From the NCBI GenBank assembly GCA_013239625.1, contig MU053934.1:9383352-9447351 (forward strand): a DNA stretch of 64,000 nt. The letters are read 5' to 3'. Position numbers and translations under genes: made by a program. This document shows positions 63,053 through 64,000 of this stretch, one piece after another; within the stretch, counting starts at the first letter, position 1; the number at the start of each line of letters is the position of its first letter. This DNA is from Lama guanicoe (lineage: Eukaryota). Below the pieces are notes generated by a model. That model was not told the origin of the DNA and made no database searches. It saw nothing but the letters and a program-made list of their open reading frames with translations.

Positions 63053-64000
63053 TGTATATATCTATATCACTGCAGAGTCTACTGCAACCCCAGGAGGAAG
63101 GATGCGGGGCCCCACCTTCCCATCCCCATCCCAGCCCGCCTGCCCCACACACAGAGGGTTGAGAGAATCATTTCCAAAATACAGCCTTTCCCCCTCTAAC
63201 CATAGGTTGATGAGTCTCACTCACAGAGCAACGATTCCTTGGAGGCCGCTGTGATTAGCGCAGCTCTGTCCGTACATCTTGAGCTGCGGGTCCCCTTGAG
63301 GGGTTGAGATTTTGCCAGGTTCCCCAGCTCTGACCGCCCGTGTGCACACCACTCTACAGAGCCACACGTGCCTTTGAATCCCAGTGGTGTGTGGGCCTGA
63401 CCTGAGCCCGCGGTGGAAGGATCTTCATCCCCAAGTGACCAAAGAGGAGACAGAGGCCCAGAGAGGCCCAGGGACCTTTCTGAGACCACACAGCAGAATT
63501 CCTCCCACACTTGGGCAGTCACAGTCTCCTAGGCTGGGAACTGCTCCTCCCAAGGGTGACCTGTCCACGCCTGAGCCAGTGGCCCCCTTCTGCACCCACA
63601 TGGGCTGTGATGCCATGGGAGTGGGCCTGATTCAGCACCCCCCCCCAAGGTCATGCCCACAGGGCTTCTGGGACTGCGGTTGGCACCACCAATAAAGCCA
63701 CAGCGGCAGAGCCGGGAAGAGGCCCAGCCTTGGCAGGGCAGTGGTGAGCGCCCCTCACCCCCCACAGCCAGGTGGTCGGTGAGTAACTGCCCCGTCACCA
63801 TGACTCACTCGGCTCCCCAGAGCGGGCGGTCACCATGAGAAACTCGTACCGGAAGATCTGGGGGATCATTGCAGCCAACCCCCACATCTGGGAGAGGGGG
63901 GCCAGGACCGGAAGGGACCTGCCCAGGACAGTAGGTCCGGCTTGTCCTGGCACAAGACCTCCGCCAGGCCCCCATACCAGCTGACCTCACACCGCAGGCC

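Larger units (their letters stand above)
45717..64000 (-). other. WNT7B: WNT7B intron 1 (partial); first exon(s) lie outside the window
   Basis: No signal-peptide exon (MHRNFRKW... or MLLLSPRS..., from recall) is visible upstream of exon 2 in the window. Confidence 0.8.

Noticed and set aside
1..64000. CRISPR array, prokaryotic or viral system, miRNA hairpin or other novel gene system
   Set aside because: No regularly spaced repeat-spacer array, no intact RT/integrase ORF, and no hairpin or RNA gene that I can recognise. The window is explained by WNT7B plus mammalian repeats.

Overview
GC-rich mammalian genomic DNA carrying the 3' three exons of WNT7B on the minus strand: exon 2 at 45716-45490, exon 3 at 28861-28590, and exon 4 coding part at 23151-22672. 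A ~2.3 kb 3'UTR ends near an AATAAA at 20407-20412. Exon 1, which encodes the signal peptide, is not in the window and should lie beyond position 64000. Positions 1 to ~20380 are intergenic sequence downstream of the gene. Three tRNA-Ala-derived SINEs resembling the camelid vic-1 family suggest a camel, alpaca or llama genome (inference from recall). The rest is old repeats (L1, L2, MIR, MLT1 LTRs, a MER33-like hAT element, CR1/L3 fragments), simple repeats and a 19-N assembly gap next to exon 3. Almost all ORFs in the track are chance products of high GC. I found no credible novel gene or previously undescribed system. The best leads are candidate enhancers (two perfect MEF2 sites, homeobox clusters), 3'UTR regulatory motifs, an unusual double-SINE insertion, inverted L1 copies around exon 2, and a probable lineage-specific A234V change. 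Repeat family names and boundaries come from recalled consensus sequences, not from alignment.
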